64,000 bases of DNA, taken from NCBI GenBank assembly GCA_035623095.1, contig DASPUD010000110.1, positions 18,353-82,352 of the forward strand. Reading direction: 5' to 3'. The notes beneath the pieces were generated by a model that was not told the origin of the DNA, did not search any database, and saw only the letters and a program-made list of their open reading frames with translations. The stretch is from Pseudolabrys sp. (lineage in GTDB: Bacteria > Pseudomonadota > Alphaproteobacteria > Rhizobiales > Xanthobacteraceae). Below are positions 48,257 through 57,802 of this stretch, one piece after another (position 1 is the first letter of the stretch; each line of letters starts with the position of its first letter). Both the position numbers and the translations under genes were made by a program.

Positions 48257-49468
48257 TTGACTGGGGGACGCGCAGTTATCGTCGGGGGTTCGATGAGCGG
48301 CTTGCTCAGCGGCCTTTTACTGCGGCGGGCCGGGTGGGCTGTCGATGTTTACGAGCGCGTGGACAGCGAACTTTCCGGCCGCGGCGCCGGTATCGTTGCA
48401 CAATATGAATTGATCGAGCGGTTGCGCGGACTGGGTCTCGCCACCGACGATCTCGGGGTGCACGTCACGACGCGCAAAATCCTCGATGCGCAGGGCAGAT
48501 TCACACATGAATACGAATGTCCGCAGGTATTGACCGCCTGGGAGCGCGTCTATCGTCTGCTGCGCGATGCATTTTCGCCGGAGCACTATCATCGCGGCCG
48601 CGGCTTTACCGCGTTCACGCAAGACGCGACGAAAGTGTCAGCACATTTTTCCGATGGCGAAAAAGTCGATGCCGATCTGCTGGTGGGTGCCGACGGCATT
48701 CGCTCGACAGTCCGGCAGCAGGTTGCGCCCAATATCTCGCCACTGTACGCCGGCTACAGCGCCTGGCGCGCGCTGATCGCGGAAGGTGACTTTCCGCCCG
48801 ACGTGCATCGCGACCTGTTCGAGTACATGACTTTCGCCTTGCCTCCGGGCGAACAGTTTCTCGGTTATCCGGTCGCCGGTCCCGACAATGATCTGCGGTC
48901 GGGACACCGCCGCTACAACATCGTTTGGTATCGGCCGGCGGACGAAAAGACGAAACTCAAATGGCTGCTCACCGACGAGCGCGGCACCACCCATGCGATC
49001 TCGATTCCGCCGCCACTGATCCGCCGCGAGGTCATCGCGGAAATGCGCGCCGACGCCGAACGCCTGCTGGGGCCGCAATTCCGGCAGCTCGCGCGCTTGA
49101 TAGACGAGCCGATCCTGCAACCGATTTACGACTTGGAGTCGCCGCAGATGGCGTTCGGCCGGGTGGCGATTGCAGGTGACGCGGCCTTCGTCGCACGCCC
49201 GCATGTCGCGGCCGGAGTCTCGAAAGCGGCGGATGACGCCGCGGCGCTGGCCGACACGTTGACCGCCGAGCCCGATGTGCCTTCGGCGCTGAAGCGGTTC
49301 GAGGCGGCGCGGTTGCCGGAGAATGCCCGTATCATCGAGCGCGCACGCCATCTCGGCGCCTATCTGCAGGCGACGCAGACGCAAGAAGAGAAAGCCCGCG
49401 CGGGGATGCACTCAACCGACGGCGCGGTGATTGCTGAGACAGCGGTGTTGGATTTCTTGTATGCGTGA
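48257..49468 (+). CDS. FAD-dependent monooxygenase, 2,6-dihydroxypyridine 3-hydroxylase-like
   Basis: GGSMSG, GRGAGIV, GADGIRS, YAGY.AWR, GDAAFVARPH; TTG start. Confidence 0.85.
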   Translation: MTGGRAVIVGGSMSGLLSGLLLRRAGWAVDVYERVDSELSGRGAGIVAQYELIERLRGLGLATDDLGVHVTTRKILDAQGRFTHEYECPQVLTAWERVYRLLRDAFSPEHYHRGRGFTAFTQDATKVSAHFSDGEKVDADLLVGADGIRSTVRQQVAPNISPLYAGYSAWRALIAEGDFPPDVHRDLFEYMTFALPPGEQFLGYPVAGPDNDLRSGHRRYNIVWYRPADEKTKLKWLLTDERGTTHAISIPPPLIRREVIAEMRADAERLLGPQFRQLARLIDEPILQPIYDLESPQMAFGRVAIAGDAAFVARPHVAAGVSKAADDAAALADTLTAEPDVPSALKRFEAARLPENARIIERARHLGAYLQATQTQEEKARAGMHSTDGAVIAETAVLDFLYA

Positions 49469-49521
49469 CTGGCAATTGTCGATGCGCTGCCCAGTCATGC
49501 CTGGCCGCCGCAAGTACTGGA

Positions 49522-50244
49522 TTACAGAAATTCGCGTTCTTTGTTGAAAGGCGCGTCCATCGTGTAGCCGTGCGCGGCGCGGTAGCCGTCGTAACGGTAC
49601 CCCTTATATTCCAGAATAATGGATACAACGAACGCGATGAGAACCATGATGACGATGAATATCGCCAGAGCCGGCATTGGATATTGCATCAAGCCACTGA
49701 CAACCGCGCCGGCAGCAAAGAAATAGACGAAATAGCCCGCGGTCTTGTGATAGGCCTCGAACCTACGCCGGCGCGGCGTCATGTTGTAATGATCGCCAAA
49801 CCAGGTCTTCGGATCATTCGGATCGGCGGAGTAGTAATTTTTTCCGCCGTGCTTGCCTCTGAGCCATCCGCCGATGATCTGCAAACATCCGAGCGCAACT
49901 GTCATCAGACCGAACATCGAATGCAAGGAGCCGCTAAAGCCGCCGCTGACGGTAACCGCGACAATTGCTCCCGCGAGCGCCAGACTGATCGCAAATATCA
50001 GCCCGTATTTGTGGACGCTGAACCACCACCAAACGGCATTTTTGATGCTGACCTTCGGGTGGATGCCGGTGAGCGTCGGCTTCGGTTTGCCGAAACGGAT
50101 GGTGATGATGCAGATCGGAGCCAGCACGAACCAGACCGCGACCATCAGGATAGCGTGATAGTCCCAATGAATCGGGATGGTCATTCCCAGAAAATCAAAA
50201 TGCACTTCCTTCGGAATGTGCGTTTGGATCCAGATCACTGCCAC
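49522..50244 (-). CDS. Cytochrome b561-like membrane protein
   Basis: Four spaced His in or near TMs: DYHAILM..W..LAP, SVHKYG, SLHSMFG, EAYHK.AGY. Confidence 0.7.
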   Translation of the reverse strand: MAVIWIQTHIPKEVHFDFLGMTIPIHWDYHAILMVAVWFVLAPICIITIRFGKPKPTLTGIHPKVSIKNAVWWWFSVHKYGLIFAISLALAGAIVAVTVSGGFSGSLHSMFGLMTVALGCLQIIGGWLRGKHGGKNYYSADPNDPKTWFGDHYNMTPRRRRFEAYHKTAGYFVYFFAAGAVVSGLMQYPMPALAIFIVIMVLIAFVVSIILEYKGYRYDGYRAAHGYTMDAPFNKEREFL

Positions 50245-50329
50245 CTCCGCCGGTTATTCAAACTTCGCGCCTATTGGGCGCGGCAGAGTAGATATTAGCG
50301 TTAAAAGACCGCTGCTGACGATTTCGTGC

Positions 50330-51400
50330 TCACATCCGCAATAATTTCTTCGCATTGCCGCCGCAGATTGCGGCGCGGGCGGTGTTGTCGAGACTTTCGA
50401 CCGACGCGACATGGCCGATCGGGTCGTACTCCAGCATGTCAAACGGGTAGTCAGTGCCGAGGACGATGCGATCCCCGCCATAGGTCTTCACCAGCGCTTC
50501 AAGCTGGTGCGGGGTGAAGACGACGGTATCGAAATAGACGTTGCGCCGCAGGTACGTCGTCGGCGCGAGCGGCAAGTCGCCGTGCGCATCCGATCGTGCC
50601 CCCCAGGCATGATCGATGCGGCCGGAGTAGGCGCCCAGAAAGCCGCCGCCGTGCACGGCCAGGACGCGCAGCTTCGGGTGCCGTTCGAACACGCCGTCGA
50701 AGATCAGGTAGTGGAGCGCCATCGTGGTATCGAGCGGGTTGCCAATCACATTGTTGAAGTAGAAGCGCCCGAAGCGTTGCGGCTGCGTAAAGCCAGTCGG
50801 GTGGATCAGCACCAGTGCGTCGAGCTCCTCGGCCTTTTTCCAGAATGGCGCAAAGGCTGGGTCGGACAGCTCCTTGCCGTTGACGTTGGTGAGGATCTCG
50901 ACGCCTTTGAAACCGAGCTGCTTCATGCCGCGCTCAAGCTCCTTGGCCGCCTCGTTGCCGTCCTGCATAGGCACGCCGCCGAGCGCGACCAGCCGGTGCT
51001 TGTGCTTGCCCACATACTCCGCGATGCCATCGTTGAGCGCGCGCGCAGCCTGCACGCCGACGTCGAGAGGCAGGTAATAGTAGATTTGCGGCGGCGCCGG
51101 ACAGATGAGCTGCATGTCGACGCCCATCTCATCCATAACAGCAAAGCGCTCGTCCGTCGTACTTATGCGCGTGCGGATGTCCGCGGCTTGTTTTGCCATC
51201 AGCGCCTGGGTTTCCGGCGTGGAGTCTGCAACGAGCGGATCAGTCGCTTGCTTGAGATGCGGTGTCACGATCTCCGCGACGCGCGGGACTGCGACATGGG
51301 AATGCATGTCGAGGGTGAGGCTTTTCGGCCTGACTTCCCGTCCTGGCTTGCCATGCTTGCGCGCAGCTGTGTTCGCATATTTGTTCCAGACATTCGCCAT
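50330..51400 (-). CDS. Amidohydrolase_2 family protein (ACMSD-like decarboxylase/hydratase)
   Basis: DMHSH, LIHP, VHGGG, YFDT, LGTDYPF. Confidence 0.9.
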   Translation of the reverse strand: MANVWNKYANTAARKHGKPGREVRPKSLTLDMHSHVAVPRVAEIVTPHLKQATDPLVADSTPETQALMAKQAADIRTRISTTDERFAVMDEMGVDMQLICPAPPQIYYYLPLDVGVQAARALNDGIAEYVGKHKHRLVALGGVPMQDGNEAAKELERGMKQLGFKGVEILTNVNGKELSDPAFAPFWKKAEELDALVLIHPTGFTQPQRFGRFYFNNVIGNPLDTTMALHYLIFDGVFERHPKLRVLAVHGGGFLGAYSGRIDHAWGARSDAHGDLPLAPTTYLRRNVYFDTVVFTPHQLEALVKTYGGDRIVLGTDYPFDMLEYDPIGHVASVESLDNTARAAICGGNAKKLLRM

Positions 51401-51442
51401 TGCCGCTTCCCTTGCTTGACCCAGTAATGATTTTAATCCGGC

Positions 51443-52165
51443 CTAGAACACCCCGAGGTGTTGACGGAGGTCGACTCCGTCCTTTTCCAGTTGTGACGGC
51501 GTCGAAACGACCGCCACACGGCCGGTGTTGAGGATGACGATATCGTCGGCGACATCGAACACCAACTTCGGGTTCTGCTCCACCAGCACGATCGACAATC
51601 CGCTCTCTTTCAGCTTCCGGATGGTCGCCATCACTTCAGCGACGATTTGCGGCGCCAATCCTTCCGAAGGTTCATCCATGAGGAGGACGCGCGGATTACC
51701 CATTAAGGCACGGCCGATCGCCAGCATCTGTTGTTCGCCGCCGGAAAGATGTGCCGCGATCTGGCTGCGCCGTTCAGCGAGGCGCGGGAACATGCCGAAC
51801 ACGGTATCCGTGGTCCAGGGCGCGTGTTTGCTTCCTGGATCAGGCTTGCGAGCGGCGACCGCGAGGTTTTCACGAACGGTCAGACTTTTGAAGACTCGGC
51901 GTCCTTGCGGCACCAGGGCAACGCCGCGCGCGGCGATCATCTCAGGAGATAGACCGGTCACCTGCTCGTCAAAGACCGCGACCACACCTTGGCGCGGCGG
52001 CAGCAACCCCATGGTGACGTTCATGCAGGTTGATTTACCGGCGCCATTGCGGCCGAGCAGGCCGAGCATGCGCGCCTCGCCCAGCTCGAACGAGACATCG
52101 CCGAGCACATGGCTGTCGCCATAGTAGGCGTCGATATGGCTGAGGCTGAGCGCGCTAGTGGCCAA
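51443..52165 (-). CDS. LivF-like ABC ATPase (system 2)
   Basis: GRNGAGKST, LSGGEQQML, MDEPSEGL. Start uncertain (TTG 52165). Confidence 0.9.
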   Translation of the reverse strand: MATSALSLSHIDAYYGDSHVLGDVSFELGEARMLGLLGRNGAGKSTCMNVTMGLLPPRQGVVAVFDEQVTGLSPEMIAARGVALVPQGRRVFKSLTVRENLAVAARKPDPGSKHAPWTTDTVFGMFPRLAERRSQIAAHLSGGEQQMLAIGRALMGNPRVLLMDEPSEGLAPQIVAEVMATIRKLKESGLSIVLVEQNPKLVFDVADDIVILNTGRVAVVSTPSQLEKDGVDLRQHLGVF

Positions 52166-52892
52166 GATAGACCTCCCGCGTGCGCGGATCGGCAACCACT
52201 TCGGCGCGGTTGCCTTCGACGATCACCTCGCCGAAATGCAAGAGCGTAATGCGCTCCGCGAACTCGAGCGCCACGTCCATGTTGTGTTCGATCATTACGA
52301 TCGTGACATCGCGTGGGATTGCCAACAGCAACTGTTTCACATCACGGCGCTCATCGATTGAGAGGCCGGCAAACGGCTCATCCAGCAACAACACTTTCGG
52401 ATTTTGCGTCAACGCCATGGCAATCTCGACACGGCGCCGCTCGCCATAAGACGTCTGGGCCAGCGGCCGGTTTGCGATGCCACCGAGCCCGACGCGCTCC
52501 AACGCCGCCTGGGCATGTTCGACGAAGTGGCCCTGGCGCTTGAGATCGATTAACGGGTTCCAACGGGACGGCGAAAGGCCGAGCAGCGCCAAAGTCACGT
52601 TGTGCAGAATGGTATCGCGGGCGAACAGTGTGATGATCTGGTAGGTGCGCGCCATGCCGAGATGCGCGCGGCGCCGGCTCGGAACGCGCGTGATGTCCTG
52701 ACCGAACAGATGCACCGAACCGGAATCCGGGGTCAGCTCTCCTGTAATCAGGTTGAAAAGCGTGGTCTTGCCGGCGCCGTTTGGCCCGATGATTAGCCGC
52801 CGCTCGCCTGGCTCGACATTGAGATTGACGCCGTGCGTAACACGCAGGCCGCCAAACGCCTTGCTCAAGGCAGAAACAGTCAGCGCGCTCAT
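52155..52892 (-). CDS. LivG-like ABC ATPase (system 2)
   Basis: GPNGAGKTT, SYGERR, LLDEP, EVYLG. Confidence 0.93.
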   Translation of the reverse strand: MSALTVSALSKAFGGLRVTHGVNLNVEPGERRLIIGPNGAGKTTLFNLITGELTPDSGSVHLFGQDITRVPSRRRAHLGMARTYQIITLFARDTILHNVTLALLGLSPSRWNPLIDLKRQGHFVEHAQAALERVGLGGIANRPLAQTSYGERRRVEIAMALTQNPKVLLLDEPFAGLSIDERRDVKQLLLAIPRDVTIVMIEHNMDVALEFAERITLLHFGEVIVEGNRAEVVADPRTREVYLGH

Positions 52893-53872
52893 GGCTTTGC
52901 CCCCACGCTGCTCGGCACTTTACCGGCGCCGCTCGGGCTTTTGCGCCAGATCATCCGCCACAAACGTGCGCTGCCGGGCACTAGCCCATCGGGCATTAAT
53001 ATGACGATAGCGACGAAGATGGCCCCGAGCAGAAAATTCCACCGTTCGATAAAACCACTTACAACAGTTTTCACCACCACAACGAGAGTGGCGCCGACAA
53101 TCGGGCCTAACAGGGTTCCCGCGCCGCCGGAGATCACCATCAGCAGCACTTCGGCCGAGGCGGTGAGGGCGAGCGTCTGCGGACTGATGAACTGCGTGTA
53201 GTAAACGAACAAGACGGCCGACACCGAGGTCAGCAGCCCCGAAAACATGCAGGCGTAGAAACGGATTGCCCAGACATGATAGCCGAGCGCGTTCATACGC
53301 CGCGGCTGGTCACGGGTACCCATGAGCGCCGCGCCGAACGGCGAGCGTACAAAAACAGCCGTTGCGGCAAGGGACAGCAGGAAGATGATCAGCGTGGCGT
53401 AATAGAACGTGTTCACGTCGGACAGCGAATAGCCGAAGGGCTCCGGGCGTGTCTTCAGGCTCAGGCCATTGTCGCCGCCGGTCAGGCTGATCCAGCGATA
53501 GGCGAGACCCCAGAGAATCTCGCCAAGCGCGAGCGTGATCATGATGAAGCCGATGCCAGTCGATCGCAGCGATAGCGCTGCGAATATCGCCATCGAAACG
53601 AGGCTGATCAGGAGCGCAATGAGGATCGCCGCCGGATGGCCCAGGCCGAGCTGGAGCATGTAGCCAACCGCATAAGCGGTGACGCCGAAAAGCCCGGCAT
53701 GACCGAGCGAAACCAGCCCGGCGTAGCCCACGAGTACATTCAACCCGAGTGCAAAGATCGCGTAGAACAGGATCTGGCTGGCGACATTCACGTAGTAGAT
53801 GCCAGGCATCCATTGCGGCACTGTAAGCAGCACGGCGAAGGCGACGAAAAGGGCGAGGAATCGTGTCGTCAC
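52889..53872 (-). CDS. LivM-like ABC permease (system 2)
   Basis: GYAGLVSLGH, FIMITLA, TGGDNG. Confidence 0.92.
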   Translation of the reverse strand: MTTRFLALFVAFAVLLTVPQWMPGIYYVNVASQILFYAIFALGLNVLVGYAGLVSLGHAGLFGVTAYAVGYMLQLGLGHPAAILIALLISLVSMAIFAALSLRSTGIGFIMITLALGEILWGLAYRWISLTGGDNGLSLKTRPEPFGYSLSDVNTFYYATLIIFLLSLAATAVFVRSPFGAALMGTRDQPRRMNALGYHVWAIRFYACMFSGLLTSVSAVLFVYYTQFISPQTLALTASAEVLLMVISGGAGTLLGPIVGATLVVVVKTVVSGFIERWNFLLGAIFVAIVILMPDGLVPGSARLWRMIWRKSPSGAGKVPSSVGAKP

Positions 53873-54741
53873 GGCACGTGCCTGCCGAAGAGGCCCTGCG
53901 GCCGCAGTAGAAGGACAAGCAACATCGGTAGAAAGAGAACGAAGTAGGCAAGCTCCGGCAACAACGCCTGACCGAAATTGTAAATGAAACCGATAATGAT
54001 GCTGCCGACGAATGACCCAAGCAGGCTGCCGGTTCCGCCGAGAATGACAACCACAAGCGCCAGGGGCAGCATGTCCTGATCGAGGCCCGGATATACTGTC
54101 AGGATCGGTCCGCCGATAATGCCGGCAAATGCTGCGAGGCCCGCGCCGAGCGCGAAGACGATCGTGAACAGCTGCGACACACGGATACCAACCACGCGCG
54201 CCATGTCCGGATCGTCGACGCCGGCACGGATCATGGCTCCAAGGCGCGTCCGTTCAAGCAACAGCCATAGGCCGACGGCGAATACTGCCGCAATTACAAT
54301 GATAGCCAGGCGGTAAGCGGGGAATACCAGCACGCCCAGACGAACAAAGCCCTCGAGCTCGGCGGGCGTCGGGACCGATATTGGATCGCCTCCCCAGATT
54401 ATCAGACACAGATCGGCAGCCATGAACGACAGGCCGAGTGTCACCAGCACCTGTGCGAGCTGATCGCCCGGGAGACGGCGCAGCAACAACCGTTCAGCCA
54501 GGGCGCCGAGTGCCGCAACAGTTATCGTCGCCAGAATGGCGGCGAGCCAGATGTTCATCTGGAAGCCGCGGATGCCCAGCACGAAAGTGGCGCCGATGTA
54601 GGCTCCGACCATGAACAGCGAGCCATGCGTCAGGTTCGGAATCCGCATCAGGCCAAAGATGAGGGAAAAGCCTGCGGAGAGCAGGAACAACAGCCCACCG
54701 AAAGTGATGCTGTTAACAGCCAGCACCAGCCATAAATTCAT
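53869..54741 (-). CDS. LivH-like ABC permease (system 2)
   Basis: GFSLIFGLM..PNLTHG, RTRLG..IRA, RPQGLFG. Confidence 0.92.
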   Translation of the reverse strand: MNLWLVLAVNSITFGGLLFLLSAGFSLIFGLMRIPNLTHGSLFMVGAYIGATFVLGIRGFQMNIWLAAILATITVAALGALAERLLLRRLPGDQLAQVLVTLGLSFMAADLCLIIWGGDPISVPTPAELEGFVRLGVLVFPAYRLAIIVIAAVFAVGLWLLLERTRLGAMIRAGVDDPDMARVVGIRVSQLFTIVFALGAGLAAFAGIIGGPILTVYPGLDQDMLPLALVVVILGGTGSLLGSFVGSIIIGFIYNFGQALLPELAYFVLFLPMLLVLLLRPQGLFGRHVP

Positions 54742-54769
54742 GTCGCCGCCGTCCCGCGCTCGCCGCGTC

Positions 54770-54803
54770 AAAAAATTGCGGGCGCCTCACTCGGGCGCCC
54801 GCA
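54770..54803 (-). terminator. Intra-operonic terminator/stabilising hairpin after the binding-protein gene
   Basis: TGCGGGCGCC-7nt-GGCGCCCGCA with A6 at 54770-54775 (T6 on the minus strand). Confidence 0.65.
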
Positions 54804-54815
54804 CAACGTCATGCA

Positions 54816-56057
54816 TTACGACTTGAGCGGCGGGAAGTCCCGCGAGTAGACGGGCTGCTCGAGAAATTTTTTCTCGTCGTAGGTCCAGAACTGGCTCACG
54901 TTCGTGTACGTCTTGATCGTCGTGTTGACGAGCTTGCCGCCCACCTTCTCGCATTTGCGGATATAGAAATTGCCGACCGCATTCCCGAGATGATCGAACT
55001 TGACCGGTCCACGCGGCGTGTCGGTCAGCGAAACCGATTTTAGCACCTTCATGAACTCGGCTTTGTCGTCGCTCTTTCCTCCGGCTTTCTTCAGCGCGGC
55101 ATCAATCACCATGCAGTTGATATAAAGACCGGCCGCGTAGAAACCCGGGTCGAGGTTGAAGTTCTTCTGCATACCGGCGACAAAACGCTTGTTTGCCTCG
55201 GTCTGCGCGTCGAGAGTGTAGGGGCAGCAGCTGACCAGACCGATCGCTTCGTCGCCATAGCTGCGAAGCAACGCATCGTCGCCGCCGGTCTGCCCGGTAA
55301 CCACGGGATACTTGAGGCCCGCGCTCTGGTACTGCTTCATGAACTTCAGCGGATTTCCGCCGGCGAAGCCCTGGCATACGCCGTCGCAATCCGAGATCTG
55401 GGCGAGATACGGCGTGTAGTCAGGGGTGGCAAGCGGGGGCCATAATTTCTTGAGTATCTTGCCGCCATTATCTTCGAAGGTCTGCTGGAAGCCGCCCATC
55501 TGTTCGTAGCCGAAGGCAAAGTCTTCGGTGACGGTGATCATCCGCTTGAGCTTCATTTCCTTCGCGGCGTAGTCGGCCATTGGGTGCATGGCCTGCGACG
55601 AACAGGCCGAGGCGCGCAGGAAATACGGGTTCGGACGACGCTGCGTCAGGTCTTCGGCAGCGGCGAGGCTGAGCAGGGGAGTTTTTGCCTGGGCGATGTA
55701 ATCGGTGATCGCAAGAAGTTCGAACGCGGCGAGCGGTCCGATGATGGTGTCGACCTTATCCCGTTCGACCAGCTCCTGGGCCTTGGTTTTTGCACCAGCC
55801 GGGCTGCCACCCGTGTCGGCAGAAATGAATTCGACTTTGCGGCCCGAGAAAGTGTTGTCCTTTTCCTTCAGGTACGTGATGACCCCTTGCTCCATCTGGA
55901 TGCCGCCCTGGGCGAGCGGGCCGGTCTTGATGGTGAGCAACCCGAGCTTGAAAGGCGCCGCCTGTGCGATCGCCGGCGCCGGGAAATTGAAGGTGGCTGC
56001 CGCTGCGCCTGCAGCTGTTCCGGCCATGAATTTGCGACGTGTGACCTTACGAGACAT
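54816..56057 (-). CDS. Liv-type ABC substrate-binding protein with Tat signal (system 2)
   Basis: TRRKFM...PAIAQA Tat signal; DTGG.PA, WPPL.TPDY.PY. Confidence 0.92.
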   Translation of the reverse strand: MSRKVTRRKFMAGTAAGAAAATFNFPAPAIAQAAPFKLGLLTIKTGPLAQGGIQMEQGVITYLKEKDNTFSGRKVEFISADTGGSPAGAKTKAQELVERDKVDTIIGPLAAFELLAITDYIAQAKTPLLSLAAAEDLTQRRPNPYFLRASACSSQAMHPMADYAAKEMKLKRMITVTEDFAFGYEQMGGFQQTFEDNGGKILKKLWPPLATPDYTPYLAQISDCDGVCQGFAGGNPLKFMKQYQSAGLKYPVVTGQTGGDDALLRSYGDEAIGLVSCCPYTLDAQTEANKRFVAGMQKNFNLDPGFYAAGLYINCMVIDAALKKAGGKSDDKAEFMKVLKSVSLTDTPRGPVKFDHLGNAVGNFYIRKCEKVGGKLVNTTIKTYTNVSQFWTYDEKKFLEQPVYSRDFPPLKS

Positions 56058-56264
56058 AACGTTCCTCCCTTACACCCCTGACGGGGTTCATGTTTTGACT
56101 GGTCTTGCCCACATCTTAAGCGCGCCGTCAGGCTTGTTAAATGTCCCGGATCGCCATGCCCCACCGCGGCAGACCAAACCGCGCCATCATCGGCCAAGCC
56201 ATTCCACGATGTAAAGCCCGTCGCCGCTTTTCCCATCCGCGACGATTGGAAGCCAGATCAGCCG

Positions 56265-56966
56265 CTAGATACCGAGATAGCTGGATTTGATCTCTTCATT
56301 GGCACGCAATTCATCCGGCTTGGACGAATAAACCACCTGGCCTTTGCTCATGACATGCACATAGTCGACGAGCTTGAGCGCCAGGTGTGCGTTCTGCTCA
56401 ACCAGCAAAATGGACAGACCTTCCTTTTTCAGCGTTCCGATCGCCTCCCAAAGGCCCTGAATGATGATAGGCGCCAGGCCTTCGGACGGTTCGTCCATGA
56501 TCAGGCAATCCGGGTTGGTCATGAGCGCGCGTCCAATCGCCAGCATTTGCTGCTCGCCGCCGGACAACGTCTTGGCGCGCTGGTAGCGGCGCTCCTGCAA
56601 GCGCGGAAATAATTTGTAGACACGCTGCAGATTCCAGTTGTGCCGGTCGGGGCTGCGTTCGGCCACCAACAGGTTTTCCTCCACGCCAAGGGTTGGAAAC
56701 ACCCGGCGGCCTTGCGGCACCAGGCCCATGCCGCCGCGCACTCTTTCGAATGACGCGTCATAGGTGATGTCATCGCCTTTGAATACGACCTTGCCGCGAC
56801 GCGGCGAGTTGAAGCCGACAATCGTATTCACCAGCGTTGTTTTTCCGACGCCATTGCGACCGAGCAGGCCGAGAATTTGACCTTGCTCCAGCTGCAGCGA
56901 CATGCCCTGCAGGACATAGGCGTCGCCGTAATAGGTGTGAACGTCCTGAACTTCGAGAATGGCCAT
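56265..56966 (-). CDS. LivF-like ABC ATPase (system 3)
   Basis: GRNGVGKTT, LSGGEQQML, MDEPSEGL. Confidence 0.93.
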   Translation of the reverse strand: MAILEVQDVHTYYGDAYVLQGMSLQLEQGQILGLLGRNGVGKTTLVNTIVGFNSPRRGKVVFKGDDITYDASFERVRGGMGLVPQGRRVFPTLGVEENLLVAERSPDRHNWNLQRVYKLFPRLQERRYQRAKTLSGGEQQMLAIGRALMTNPDCLIMDEPSEGLAPIIIQGLWEAIGTLKKEGLSILLVEQNAHLALKLVDYVHVMSKGQVVYSSKPDELRANEEIKSSYLGI

Positions 56967-56970
56967 GACG

Positions 56971-57744
56971 TCAGTCGGTTCCCAGATAGATTTCCTGAAC
57001 GCGGCGACTTTGTTTGATCTTCTCCGGCGTTCCGGACTCAAGGATCTCCCCGAAATGCAAAACAGATATTTCATCGGCCACATCGAAAACGACGTCCATG
57101 TCGTGTTCGATCAGGAGAATCGCGAGCTTGGGATCAAGTTTTGCCAGAAACTCAACCATTTCTGTGGATTCGCCGCTCGACAGGCCGGCAGCCGGCTCAT
57201 CAAGCAAAAGGATTTTTGGATCGCTCGCGAGACCGAGCACGATCTCGAGCTGCCGTTGCTCGCCGTGCGACAGGTTGCGCACCGCGGTGTCCTTGCGATC
57301 GAGAAAGTTTGCCTGCTCAAGCAAGTGATAGGCTTTTTCGTAAACGTCTTTGTAGGAAGACAGGTAACGCCACATAACGAATTTCGATGGCCGCAGGCCT
57401 TTGATCGCCAACAGTACATTGTCGAGCACGGTCAGGCCGGGAAACAGGCTGGTGACCTGAAATGTGCGCGCCATGCCCAACGCGGTCCGTCGATGGCTGG
57501 GCCAACTCGTGACATCCTGGCCGAACAGAAGCACTTGCCCGGAGGTCACCGGATAGATGCCGGTAATCAGATTGAAGAGCGTTGTCTTGCCTGCTCCGTT
57601 CGGGCCAATAATGGCCTTACGATCGCCAGGCATGATGCGAAGCGTGACCTGGCGCGTCGCCTGCAAACCGCCGAAGCTCTTGCATAGCGCCTTAAGCTCC
57701 AGAGCCGGAGTCTGGTTGCCGTTGATCTGAGTGTCGGTGCTCAC
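56971..57744 (-). CDS. LivG-like ABC ATPase (system 3)
   Basis: GPNGAGKTT, LSHGEQR, LLDEP; GTG start at 57744. Confidence 0.92.
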   Translation of the reverse strand: MSTDTQINGNQTPALELKALCKSFGGLQATRQVTLRIMPGDRKAIIGPNGAGKTTLFNLITGIYPVTSGQVLLFGQDVTSWPSHRRTALGMARTFQVTSLFPGLTVLDNVLLAIKGLRPSKFVMWRYLSSYKDVYEKAYHLLEQANFLDRKDTAVRNLSHGEQRQLEIVLGLASDPKILLLDEPAAGLSSGESTEMVEFLAKLDPKLAILLIEHDMDVVFDVADEISVLHFGEILESGTPEKIKQSRRVQEIYLGTD

Positions 57745-57768
57745 ACGCGCATCCTGAAAATATGAATG

Positions 57769-57793
57769 GCCGGGGCCCGTTGTGGGCCCCGGC
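57769..57793. other. Intercistronic GC-rich hairpin
   Basis: GCCGGGGCCC-gttgt-GGGCCCCGGC between the binding-protein and ATPase genes. Confidence 0.6.
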
Positions 57794-57802
57794 TTTTGTT
57801 CG

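Noticed and set aside
49465-50298. 277-aa plus-strand ORF overlapping the monooxygenase stop
   Set aside because: Antisense to the cytochrome b561-like gene, which has a coherent TM and His pattern
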